A DNA stretch of 64,000 nt from Phycisphaerales bacterium (GTDB lineage Bacteria > Planctomycetota > Phycisphaerae > WQYP01): positions 96,001-160,000 of the forward strand of contig DAIDJN010000041.1 in the NCBI GenBank assembly GCA_027451365.1, in the 5' to 3' direction. This document shows positions 9,811 to 17,773 of the stretch, in pieces. The notes under the pieces are model-generated. The model was not told the DNA's origin and made no database searches. It saw nothing but the letters and a program-made list of their open reading frames with translations. The first letter of the stretch is position 1, and the number at the start of each line of letters is the position of its first letter. Both the position numbers and the translations under genes were made by a program.

Positions 9811-10161
9811 ATGAAGATGTTCCCGGCATTTCATTTCGTAAAGGCCGCCACAATCGGTCTTGCAGTCGCGACCGCGGTAAGTCTGGCGGGTTGCAGCGGA
9901 TCTTCACCCAAGCAGACCACCGCCGCCAAAAAACCGTTACCGCCTCACCCTATGTTCACGTTCAAGGATCCGGCTGACAATGAATCCGGTGCCCAGATAT
10001 GGTCGCAAAACTGTATGCGATGCCATCAACTTCGCTCTCCGGCTCAATACACGCCCGCTCAATGGGGTGTCATTGTCCAGTACATGCGGCTAAAGGCTGG
10101 CCTTACCGGTGAACAGGCCAAAAAGGTGCTGGCCTTTTTGCAAAGTGCCAGTGCGCATTAA
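9811..10161 (+). CDS. Small monoheme cytochrome c lipoprotein
   Basis: AGGAG RBS, lipobox LAGC, GAQIWSQN-CMRCH heme motif, W..IVQYM distal Met. Confidence 0.88.
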   Translation: MKMFPAFHFVKAATIGLAVATAVSLAGCSGSSPKQTTAAKKPLPPHPMFTFKDPADNESGAQIWSQNCMRCHQLRSPAQYTPAQWGVIVQYMRLKAGLTGEQAKKVLAFLQSASAH

Positions 10162-10169
10162 CGCCCGCG

Positions 10170-10213
10170 TGCTTAAGCCGTATCCGGTTAGTCAATCCGG
10201 AGCTTAAGCATTT
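10170..10213 (+). terminator. Stem-loop after cytochrome operon (possible terminator)
   Basis: TGCTTAAGC..TCCGG-loop-CCGGA-GCTTAAGCA followed by a short T run. Confidence 0.4.
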
Positions 10214-10422
10214 GCAAACAGTCTTGCCCTCCCGTGGCCGGCTGCGGATTGCAGCTTCCGTGGTCGGCCACGATTTTTTATTCCGGCAGACTGGTCTGGC
10301 CGGGTGTTCTGCAGTTTTCCGGTGCCTTCGGATAAGCGGCAAAAACCGAGTGTGAAAGCTGAAGCCGCAAAATAAGGTTTTGGAGATGTTTGTTTTCGAG
10401 GGCAATCATGCGCCAGCCATTG

Positions 10423-10932
10423 TTATATTCTTTGATCTGTGTCCAGATCGGACCCGGACCACACCGCTCCGGCTGCCGATGCGACGCCGGCTCGCAAAGC
10501 TGGATCCATTCTTCTTCCACTGATGATTTCCGGTATCAGTTTGCGGGTCGGCAAATCTGCCAGCGGCGTGCGCCGACCGTGGCCCGGCCGGTGCGAATGC
10601 CGCAGCCGGTTGTATTTAGCGTCATTGGCCGCTCGCACCAGAGCTTTTTCGCCAATGTCGGTCACAGCGACCAGCCGCCCTTCCATAAGAATGGACGCAT
10701 AGTCGTCAAGTTGGTCGCTGTAGCTGTCAATTTCAAAACAGACCTGATTATTGACCGAAAGAATGTCCCCTTTACGTCCGGTCATGGGTACCCGAAGATA
10801 CAGGCACCCATTTACAAAACAGAACGGAAGTGGAATGGCGTATGGCCGGCCATCGGGATGCGCCAAGGCCAGCCTGCCGATAAGGGTGTTATTCAGCATG
10901 TCGGCGATCTGGTCGTGACTCATGGGAATCAT
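10423..10932 (-). CDS. Pyridoxamine 5'-phosphate oxidase-like flavin-binding protein (NimA-like)
   Basis: GRLALAHPDGRPYAIP, GRK..L..N..VCFEID and YASILMEG motifs. Confidence 0.85.
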   Translation of the reverse strand: MIPMSHDQIADMLNNTLIGRLALAHPDGRPYAIPLPFCFVNGCLYLRVPMTGRKGDILSVNNQVCFEIDSYSDQLDDYASILMEGRLVAVTDIGEKALVRAANDAKYNRLRHSHRPGHGRRTPLADLPTRKLIPEIISGRRMDPALRAGVASAAGAVWSGSDLDTDQRI

Positions 10933-11035
10933 AAAATTTTATCCCTTAAAAATTTTGTCTGGAAGCAGAATGCGAGTTTAGAATCCGGCGCAGCCGGTGT
11001 CAATGCCGCCACGTGGAGTCCGCAGGAGTCGCATC

Positions 11036-12163
11036 ATGGTAATGCTTAAAACGGATCGCACGACAATCAGCCCCGGCGGCCTGAATTATAGCTCCGCCGA
11101 TTTTGCCCACTCACCGCTGGTGGTATTTTATGAGGTCACCCGAGCCTGCAATCTACTTTGCCGCCATTGTCGCGCCGAAGCTCAGCCACACCGGCATCCG
11201 GAGGAACTTGCGCCCGCCGCATCGTTGCGGTTGCTTGATGCGCTGGCCACGTTTTCCAAGCCGCCGCTGGTGGTGCTTACGGGCGGTGACCCGATCAAGC
11301 GTGCTGATATATTTGATATTGTGACCCATGGTGTTTCCCTTGGCCTGAAAATGGCCATGACGCCCTCCGCCACCAAGCTGGTCACGACCGATGCGGTGGG
11401 CCGTCTGAAGGTCGCGGGACTGCACCGTCTGGCTGTAAGCCTGGATGGTGCCGATGCGGCGCGTCATGACGATTTCCGCCGTGTGCCGGGCAGCTTTGCC
11501 CGCACACTGGAGATTATGAATGATGCCCGCAGTTGCGGTCTTTCCATGCAGATCAACACTACCATCACGCGGCACAATGTGGATCAGATTGATGAAATGG
11601 CCGATCTGTTGGACGGCTTTGGCATCGCGCTCTGGTCGGTATTTTTTTTAGTTCCCACGGGCCGGGCGGATATCAGTCAGCGCATCGCCCCTGAACAATA
11701 TGAACAGGTATTTGAAAAGTTGCATAATTTTGCGGGCCGGCATCCCTACGCCGTCAAAACCACTGAAGCGCCCCATTATCGCCGCTTTGTGCTTGAAAAG
11801 CAGCGGCTGGGCGGCACTTCCGCGCCTGGTGGTCAGGGGCTGGCGGCCAATATCGTCGGCACAAATGACGGCAAAGGTGTCATGTTCATCAGCCACCTCG
11901 GTCAAATATTCCCCACCGGCTTTCTGCCCATTGAATGCGGCCGCTTCCCGGCACATTCCCCCGTGGACGTTTACCGGAATTCTCCCTTGTTCAAGGACCT
12001 GCGCAACCCCAATAAACTGCAGGGCAAATGCGGCTTCTGCCAATACCGCGATATTTGTGGCGGCAGCCGCGCCCGTGCCTTTGGGGTTACCGGCAATCCG
12101 CTTGCCGCCGAGCCAGACTGTGTGTACGTTTCGCCAAACGCGCCATCTCTAAGGAGTGTTTAA
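11036..12163 (+). CDS. Radical SAM/SPASM protein, TIGR04053 (AhbD-like) family
   Basis: AGGAG RBS. EVTRACNLLCRHCRA, TGGDP, KTTEAPHYRR, NDGKGVMFISH, GFLP and CGFC..ICGGSRARA motifs. Confidence 0.82.
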   Translation: MVMLKTDRTTISPGGLNYSSADFAHSPLVVFYEVTRACNLLCRHCRAEAQPHRHPEELAPAASLRLLDALATFSKPPLVVLTGGDPIKRADIFDIVTHGVSLGLKMAMTPSATKLVTTDAVGRLKVAGLHRLAVSLDGADAARHDDFRRVPGSFARTLEIMNDARSCGLSMQINTTITRHNVDQIDEMADLLDGFGIALWSVFFLVPTGRADISQRIAPEQYEQVFEKLHNFAGRHPYAVKTTEAPHYRRFVLEKQRLGGTSAPGGQGLAANIVGTNDGKGVMFISHLGQIFPTGFLPIECGRFPAHSPVDVYRNSPLFKDLRNPNKLQGKCGFCQYRDICGGSRARAFGVTGNPLAAEPDCVYVSPNAPSLRSV

Positions 12164-12165
12164 TT

Positions 12166-13374
12166 ATGCTTAGTGTAACCAACCTGCTTTGTGATTTCGA
12201 TGGCGGCAATGAACGTCTGCGGTATGGTCACCGCAATTCCGTCGGCGAAAGTCAGGAGGTGCCGCGGCCTGTGGTGGTCTGGGCCCTTACCAAAGCCTGT
12301 AATCTGCGATGTGTCCATTGTTACGCCTCGGCCAATGCGCGGCCCGCGCCCAATGAACTCACCCTGACGGAAGGCTTAAACCTTCTGGATGATCTGATAA
12401 AGTTCAAGGTTCCCGCGGTGCTTTTCAGCGGTGGCGAGCCGCTGGTGCGTCCGGAGGCGCTGGAATTTATCCGCTATGCCCGTGCTGGCGGCCTGGCATG
12501 TACACTTTCCACCAATGGTCTGCTCATAGATGACTCGATGGCGGAGCGTCTGGCTGACTCGGGATTAAAATATATAGGTATAAGCATGGATGGACTTCGT
12601 GAACGGCACGACAAGCTGCGCGGGCACGCGGGTGCCTTTGACGGCGTGCTTCGCGCCATCACTCACTGTCGGGCACGCGGCATAAAAGTCGGTTTGCGCT
12701 TCACAGTGCACAGCCTGAACATGCAGGATTTGGGCGCGGTGTTTGATATATGTGTTCAGTACGACGTGCAGCGGTTGTGCATTTATCACCTGGCTTACAG
12801 TGGCCGTGGCGGCAACATGCAGAAGGTGGATCTTTCCGCTGCGCAAACCCGCCATGTGGTGGATCGAATATTTGCCCGCAGCAGGGAATTGCACAAGGCC
12901 GGCATTCCCCTTGAAGTTTTGACTGTCGACAACCATGCCGACGCCGCTTATTTGCTGCTGCAGTTGGAGCAGACCGATCCCCACCGTGCGCAGAAAGCTC
13001 GCCAGCGGCTGGTCGGTACCGGTGGCAATCGTTCCGGCTGCAATATCGCGGCCATTGATCCGGTTGGAAATGTGCATTACGACCAGTTCAGTTGGCATTA
13101 CAATTGCGGCAACATTCGAACTGAACCATTCAGCAAAATCTGGTCCGACGCAAAGGACCCGCGTCTGGCAGTGTTGCGAAACCGCCATACCCATCTTCCA
13201 ATGCGCTGTCAGGCGTGCAGATTTCTTTCGGTGTGCAATGGAAATTTGCGTACCCGCGCCGAGGCTGCCACCGGCGATTGGCTCGGCTTTGATCCGGGCT
13301 GCTATTTAACCGATGAAGAAATTTCCCCGCGCCAGCCCCAGGAATGTGCAGCCGTGGCACTGGTGCGGGACTGA
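12166..13374 (+). CDS. ahbC: Radical SAM 12,18-didecarboxysiroheme deacetylase / Fe-coproporphyrin III synthase (AhbC/NirJ1-like)
   Basis: N-terminus MLSVTNLLC...LRYG, PVVVW.LTKACNLRCVHCYA, YHLAYSGRG, EVLTVDNHAD, GGNRSG, DQF, CNGNLRTRA and DPGCYLTDEEI. Confidence 0.82.
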   Translation: MLSVTNLLCDFDGGNERLRYGHRNSVGESQEVPRPVVVWALTKACNLRCVHCYASANARPAPNELTLTEGLNLLDDLIKFKVPAVLFSGGEPLVRPEALEFIRYARAGGLACTLSTNGLLIDDSMAERLADSGLKYIGISMDGLRERHDKLRGHAGAFDGVLRAITHCRARGIKVGLRFTVHSLNMQDLGAVFDICVQYDVQRLCIYHLAYSGRGGNMQKVDLSAAQTRHVVDRIFARSRELHKAGIPLEVLTVDNHADAAYLLLQLEQTDPHRAQKARQRLVGTGGNRSGCNIAAIDPVGNVHYDQFSWHYNCGNIRTEPFSKIWSDAKDPRLAVLRNRHTHLPMRCQACRFLSVCNGNLRTRAEAATGDWLGFDPGCYLTDEEISPRQPQECAAVALVRD

Positions 13375-13951
13375 GCTATTCTCGGCGATTGGGAAGCGAG
13401 CCGGTGCCTCCTCTATTTCGCGATGCTTTAAACCATACAGTCCACAATATTTCAACTTTGGCATCGGGGATTAATGGCAATCCTGGTGCATGACAGGCAA
13501 AGCTCTGTTTGGCTGAATGGTGCAGATTGTGGCTTTCTAGAATGCGGAGCCATGCGACTCTGTGGCATGGCCGGACGCGGCAACTGACAGCAGCAGGTCC
13601 GCATTTTCACGACTTTATCGGCCCTTCGCGAAGTGGATTGGCACGGCCGGCGAGCCGTACGACGTAATAAATGCTGCTAAAAAGGCGGCTTTTATTTGAC
13701 AGCAACTGATTCATGTTGTATACAACTATTGGCTCAAAGCAGGATGGAGCTGTTCGATTGAGCAGATATTGCGCAAAAGTGGGGCCGTGATATTTGGCGA
13801 CCATTTGGTCGAGATCGAATTTGTCATTTCACGGACGGATTTAGGTTAGTCGGCCGGATAAGCGGGAACATTGTCGCCCGAGCCTGTTTGCAGACCGCCA
13901 TTTTCAAGCGGTCCGGGCTGGGGAACTAATTCTTGGGATGGAGTGGCAATC

Positions 13952-14905
13952 GTGAAAAAAAATCCATTTCTTCAGGTTGGGCTGTTGCTGGTTGCGGGCG
14001 GAATTGTCGGGCTTTCCGGACGGAGCGTCGCTCGGGCTAACTATTTCAATGGATTTGAGTCCTCTGGCAGCACCAGCACGGATTTCTCCGGACCAGGTCC
14101 GGGGTTCGTGCCAGGCTCGAATAACTATACCCCCGGCGCCGACATTAGTCGCGTACAATCCGGAGGTGGATCGCTTGGCCTTACCGCCGCGTCGGGCAAC
14201 TATTATGCGGAAATCACAAATGTCCCCGACACATACCAACCGGGCTATGGCCAGTCAATCGCTACCTCCTTCGGTGGATACCAGCAGAACTACACTGGCA
14301 GCTTTACCGAGTCGGTGGATATTTATGTAAATGTTGCTGGCTGGGCTGCGAGCACTGGGGCGAGCCAAGGATTCCAGTTGGATGCATCCCCGAGCAATAA
14401 TCTAACCGGAAGCGCCGCATACAACACCTATTCCTCCACCCCGAACGGCCCTAATCAGGGCGATGAGACACAATTTTATGTAAACGCCACGGGTACAGGT
14501 GCTACCGCCCAAGTAAACGTTTCGGGTGAAATTAATGCGTCGAACGGCGGATCGATTGCGACCATCGGTCAATCCGGTTGGTACAATTTCGCGGTCGATT
14601 TTGCCAAGGGCTCGGGCGGCTACGTGCAGAATACCTTTTCTGTATCGACCCTTTCCGGTTCACAACTCGGGTCATATACCGCGACATCTTTGTTGCCTAA
14701 CAACTTGCTCGGTGGAAACAACTATGGGACTTGGTTTGAGGGCTGGATAAACGGCTTTGCTGGAAACACGATTGGCATTGATAATGTGCAATTGACTTAC
14801 GTGACGCCGCTTCCCGCCGCGTTTTGGCCTGCAGCTTTGACCCTTGCCGGGATGGGCATTGCGGCCGGACTCCGGCGGCGAGCACCGAACAAATGCTCGC
14901 AATAG
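13952..14905 (+). CDS. Secreted surface protein with PEP-CTERM-like (PLP) sorting signal
   Basis: GTG start with GGAG RBS, signal peptide ending ARA, G/S/T/N-rich body ending GIDNVQL. C-terminus VTPLPAAFWPAALTLAGMGIAAGLRRR. Confidence 0.82.
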   Translation: MKKNPFLQVGLLLVAGGIVGLSGRSVARANYFNGFESSGSTSTDFSGPGPGFVPGSNNYTPGADISRVQSGGGSLGLTAASGNYYAEITNVPDTYQPGYGQSIATSFGGYQQNYTGSFTESVDIYVNVAGWAASTGASQGFQLDASPSNNLTGSAAYNTYSSTPNGPNQGDETQFYVNATGTGATAQVNVSGEINASNGGSIATIGQSGWYNFAVDFAKGSGGYVQNTFSVSTLSGSQLGSYTATSLLPNNLLGGNNYGTWFEGWINGFAGNTIGIDNVQLTYVTPLPAAFWPAALTLAGMGIAAGLRRRAPNKCSQ

Positions 14906-15052
14906 ATATGCTCAATATTTGGCGTCGCATGGAATCTCATGGTAAATCCGGTTTGGCCTGAATCTACCTTAGCCGAATTGGAACTGAACAAGGCCCGTTC
15001 GTATTAAACCTTCAAGTCCGGCCCGCGCACAGACTGAAGTAGTCTCGCACCG

Positions 15053-15472
15053 TCACAACTTTTTCCGCCGACGGGATGCTGGCTTGGCGAACGTGTGCAT
15101 CCATGCCGTTGCGTCCGCTTTGTTCAATTGGCCGTCCGCGACGCCAAGACCAATGGCGATGACATCGTCATCAGTGGCGATGATGTCGAACCCGTTGTTG
15201 TCCAGGAATATCATTGCCGCCAGTACTGCACAACGCTTGTTTCCATCATGAAAGGCGCGCGCCTGGCAGATATGAAACAGATAAGCCGCAGCCATGGCCG
15301 GAATATCCGAATGCAGATACTGGCTACCGAAGGATGCCTGTGGCATCATAACGGCAGATTCAAGCAGGCCAGGATCGCGGATGCCCGCCAGTCCGCCGTG
15401 GCCGCCCAAGGCATCGTCATGGATCGCCACAACTTCATCGACCGAAAGAAATAAAGGTTCAGTCGCGCTCAT
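15053..15472 (-). CDS. doc: Death-on-curing (Doc/Fic) family toxin, catalytic His replaced by Arg
   Basis: HGG..GIRDPGLLESA, AAAYLFHI, Fic motif reading R-AFHDGNKR. Overlaps the antitoxin stop by 4 bp. Confidence 0.9.
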   Translation of the reverse strand: MSATEPLFLSVDEVVAIHDDALGGHGGLAGIRDPGLLESAVMMPQASFGSQYLHSDIPAMAAAYLFHICQARAFHDGNKRCAVLAAMIFLDNNGFDIIATDDDVIAIGLGVADGQLNKADATAWMHTFAKPASRRRKKL

Positions 15473-15702
15473 TTGGCCAGTTCCGCCAGGGCGCGACTAT
15501 AGCGCGTACGAAACTTGGCCAGCGATTTGAGCAGCCGTTCCTTTCCGATTCCCGTCTTCGCCGGCGTGATAATCAGTCGCGATCCGTCCACCGTTATCTG
15601 CACCTGGTCGCCAACCTTCCAGCCGGTAAGGCTCAGGAGTGTGTTGTCCAGCGGAATGCAACTGCCGTTGCCGACTTTGCGGATTTTTTTGACCAGACTC
15701 AT
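15469..15702 (-). CDS. AbrB/MazE-family antitoxin (Doc partner)
   Basis: KIRKVGNGSCIPL..GWKVGDQVQITVDGSRLIITP and C-terminal RY..AL.ELAK; AAGGAG RBS. Confidence 0.88.
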   Translation of the reverse strand: MSLVKKIRKVGNGSCIPLDNTLLSLTGWKVGDQVQITVDGSRLIITPAKTGIGKERLLKSLAKFRTRYSRALAELAK

Positions 15703-15735
15703 GACTCAACTCCTTGCATAAGGCGAACATTCACC

Positions 15736-15751
15736 CAATGTGAGTACATTG
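15736..15751. promoter_or_regulatory. Palindrome upstream of TA operon (candidate autorepression operator)
   Basis: CAATGT-GAGT-ACATTG about 35 bp upstream of the antitoxin start. Confidence 0.45.
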
Positions 15752-15927
15752 TAATTACGGCTTTGGTTTAAATCAAGCAGCAATTTCTGTGCCCCGGCAT
15801 TGCAATAATCCATCGTTGCCTGTTTAATTCTGCGGGCAGAAATAACGCGAAAAGCTGCCGATTTCTGGCGCACACGGATACATACGATTTCAGACACTTT
15901 GGCGGCTTTGGGCGCCCAGCAACGCTT

Positions 15928-16704
15928 CTATTGCCCGCGGCGCAGCAGCCGATTCAGCAAAGGCTGCATATGGGTTGCCCAAATGGTGTAACCGGCTTCG
16001 GTCAGATGCAATTGATCCGGTCCCAGCCCCTTCCAACTGTTTCCAACACGCGGCATAAGCGCGAACAGATTGAAATAAAATATGCTCCGACCATTGGCAA
16101 AATGGCGGATGATACGATTCGTGGCGATGATGGTGGCGGTGTTGCGTGATGTCGGAGTCAGGCTTACCAGGATGATTTTTACACCATGAAAAACCTGCCT
16201 GGTTTTAATAATCACGGCCCGCACACCGGCGGCAATTTGCCGTGGCGCGTATTGTGTATCGTTGGTGCCGATCAAAATAACCGCCACCTTCGGATGCAGA
16301 TGATGGATATGAAAATGAATCAGCCGCCACAGAACATGCTCCGTGCCGTCGGCTCCTACGCCAAAGTCGATTGCATGGCGCGGCGCGTAATATTTGTCCC
16401 ACACCTTGTATCCGACCGAATACCAGCCGCCACTCGGTCTGGACTCAAAATTCTGTGTGATGGAATCCCCGATAAAAATAATATTACACTTACCATGCGC
16501 CCGCGCTACCCGCCTTGCACAAAGTGCGTACCATGATGCGAATTGCCGCGAATGCGCCGCACTTGGAATCGTCGTCGGATCCGGTGGTCCGTCGGAAGTC
16601 GCCCCGGAAACAGTCGGGAAAATAGGGGCCAATGCCCCGGCCGATGCCACAACAAAAAGAAATAGCCACACAATAGGTCCACGATTGATCATCGCATTCT
16701 CCAT
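15928..16704 (-). CDS. GDSL/SGNH esterase (PAF-acetylhydrolase-like), exported
   Basis: FIGDSIT, FGVGADGTEHVLWR, LIGTND and DQLH..GY motifs; signal peptide. Confidence 0.88.
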   Translation of the reverse strand: MENAMINRGPIVWLFLFVVASAGALAPIFPTVSGATSDGPPDPTTIPSAAHSRQFASWYALCARRVARAHGKCNIIFIGDSITQNFESRPSGGWYSVGYKVWDKYYAPRHAIDFGVGADGTEHVLWRLIHFHIHHLHPKVAVILIGTNDTQYAPRQIAAGVRAVIIKTRQVFHGVKIILVSLTPTSRNTATIIATNRIIRHFANGRSIFYFNLFALMPRVGNSWKGLGPDQLHLTEAGYTIWATHMQPLLNRLLRRGQ

Positions 16705-16740
16705 AAAAGGTGTCGGGGCGTGTTTCGATATTAATCCGGA

Positions 16741-17724
16741 TTACCGCCGGCCGCTGAAAACTGGCCGCGTCTTGGGCACGGGCAGCAAATGCAGGTGGCA
16801 ATACATGGTATCCGCCATCAATCGTCCCAGGTCCATCTGCCCAAAAGTGCCAAAATGCAGGTGATCCGTGGGCAATGGCGTGAGCGGATCTTCCGCGCGC
16901 TGCTCCAGATCATTGGTATGTACCAGATAGGCACCGCGCACCGCCAGCGGACTGCCGGAATTCCATGCCACCTCACGCTGCCCAAGACGTACCAGATCCC
17001 GCCACCGTTCATTGTTCTTGAACATGCCGGAATCCGGTGGCGGCATGACCAGCCCATAAACAAAGGGAATATTCGGGCAGTTAAACTGTTGCCGCACGCG
17101 GTGAATAAAATGCCGCAAATTACCGGCGTATTCCTCCGCGATTTTCAGGCCTTCAAACGCATCATTTTCACCCTGTTGCCAGATAATTCCGCGAATTCGC
17201 GGCTGGTAACCCAGCTTGCGCAGCGCGGCCATGCCGCCATCCACCGTTTTGACAAACTCCCGAAACTGTTGTCCCCAATGCGATGTATCCTGGGCATTGG
17301 CACCCGGGTTCCACTGCCGCGCAAGGTCAGTTCCCGACCAGGCATCTTTAATCAGTGCAATATGATGAGTCGGGTAAAACATCTGCATCCGGTTGCCGAA
17401 GGTAAGCTCCGGTCCAAACCGATCTGGACTTTCTGAAGCCTGCTGCAAAGGAACCCATGTGTCCGGCGAGCAGTTGTCATGAATATCGCCCGCCGAATGG
17501 TACAGCAGGACGCGGGTGTCAATATGGAAGTTTTTCGGCAGATTTTGCATATATCCCTGGCCGGTCATGTTGGATTGCCCCGCCACCAGATACAGATCGA
17601 TCGGCGTGCCCCGAGCAACTGGGGCGATGGTTGCCGCCACTGCCGTGCCGGTGCTCACTAGAAATCCCATCAGCAGCGCCGCGGCGGCACCGAAATTAAA
17701 GCATCGCAAAAATACAGGCATCAC
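16741..17724 (-). CDS. Sialate O-acetylesterase / CE6-like SASA-domain esterase, exported
   Basis: AGQSNM, FGPEL.FG, WQQGEND and DHLH motifs; signal peptide. Confidence 0.88.
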   Translation of the reverse strand: MMPVFLRCFNFGAAAALLMGFLVSTGTAVAATIAPVARGTPIDLYLVAGQSNMTGQGYMQNLPKNFHIDTRVLLYHSAGDIHDNCSPDTWVPLQQASESPDRFGPELTFGNRMQMFYPTHHIALIKDAWSGTDLARQWNPGANAQDTSHWGQQFREFVKTVDGGMAALRKLGYQPRIRGIIWQQGENDAFEGLKIAEEYAGNLRHFIHRVRQQFNCPNIPFVYGLVMPPPDSGMFKNNERWRDLVRLGQREVAWNSGSPLAVRGAYLVHTNDLEQRAEDPLTPLPTDHLHFGTFGQMDLGRLMADTMYCHLHLLPVPKTRPVFSGRR

Positions 17725-17773
17725 GCAATTCTCCTTTTAACGGAACCGTTTTTAGCCAGTGAAAGATTGACGC

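Noticed and set aside
13639..13656. TGGCACG as a sigma54 promoter for the 13952 gene
   Set aside because: No TTGC at the -12 position.
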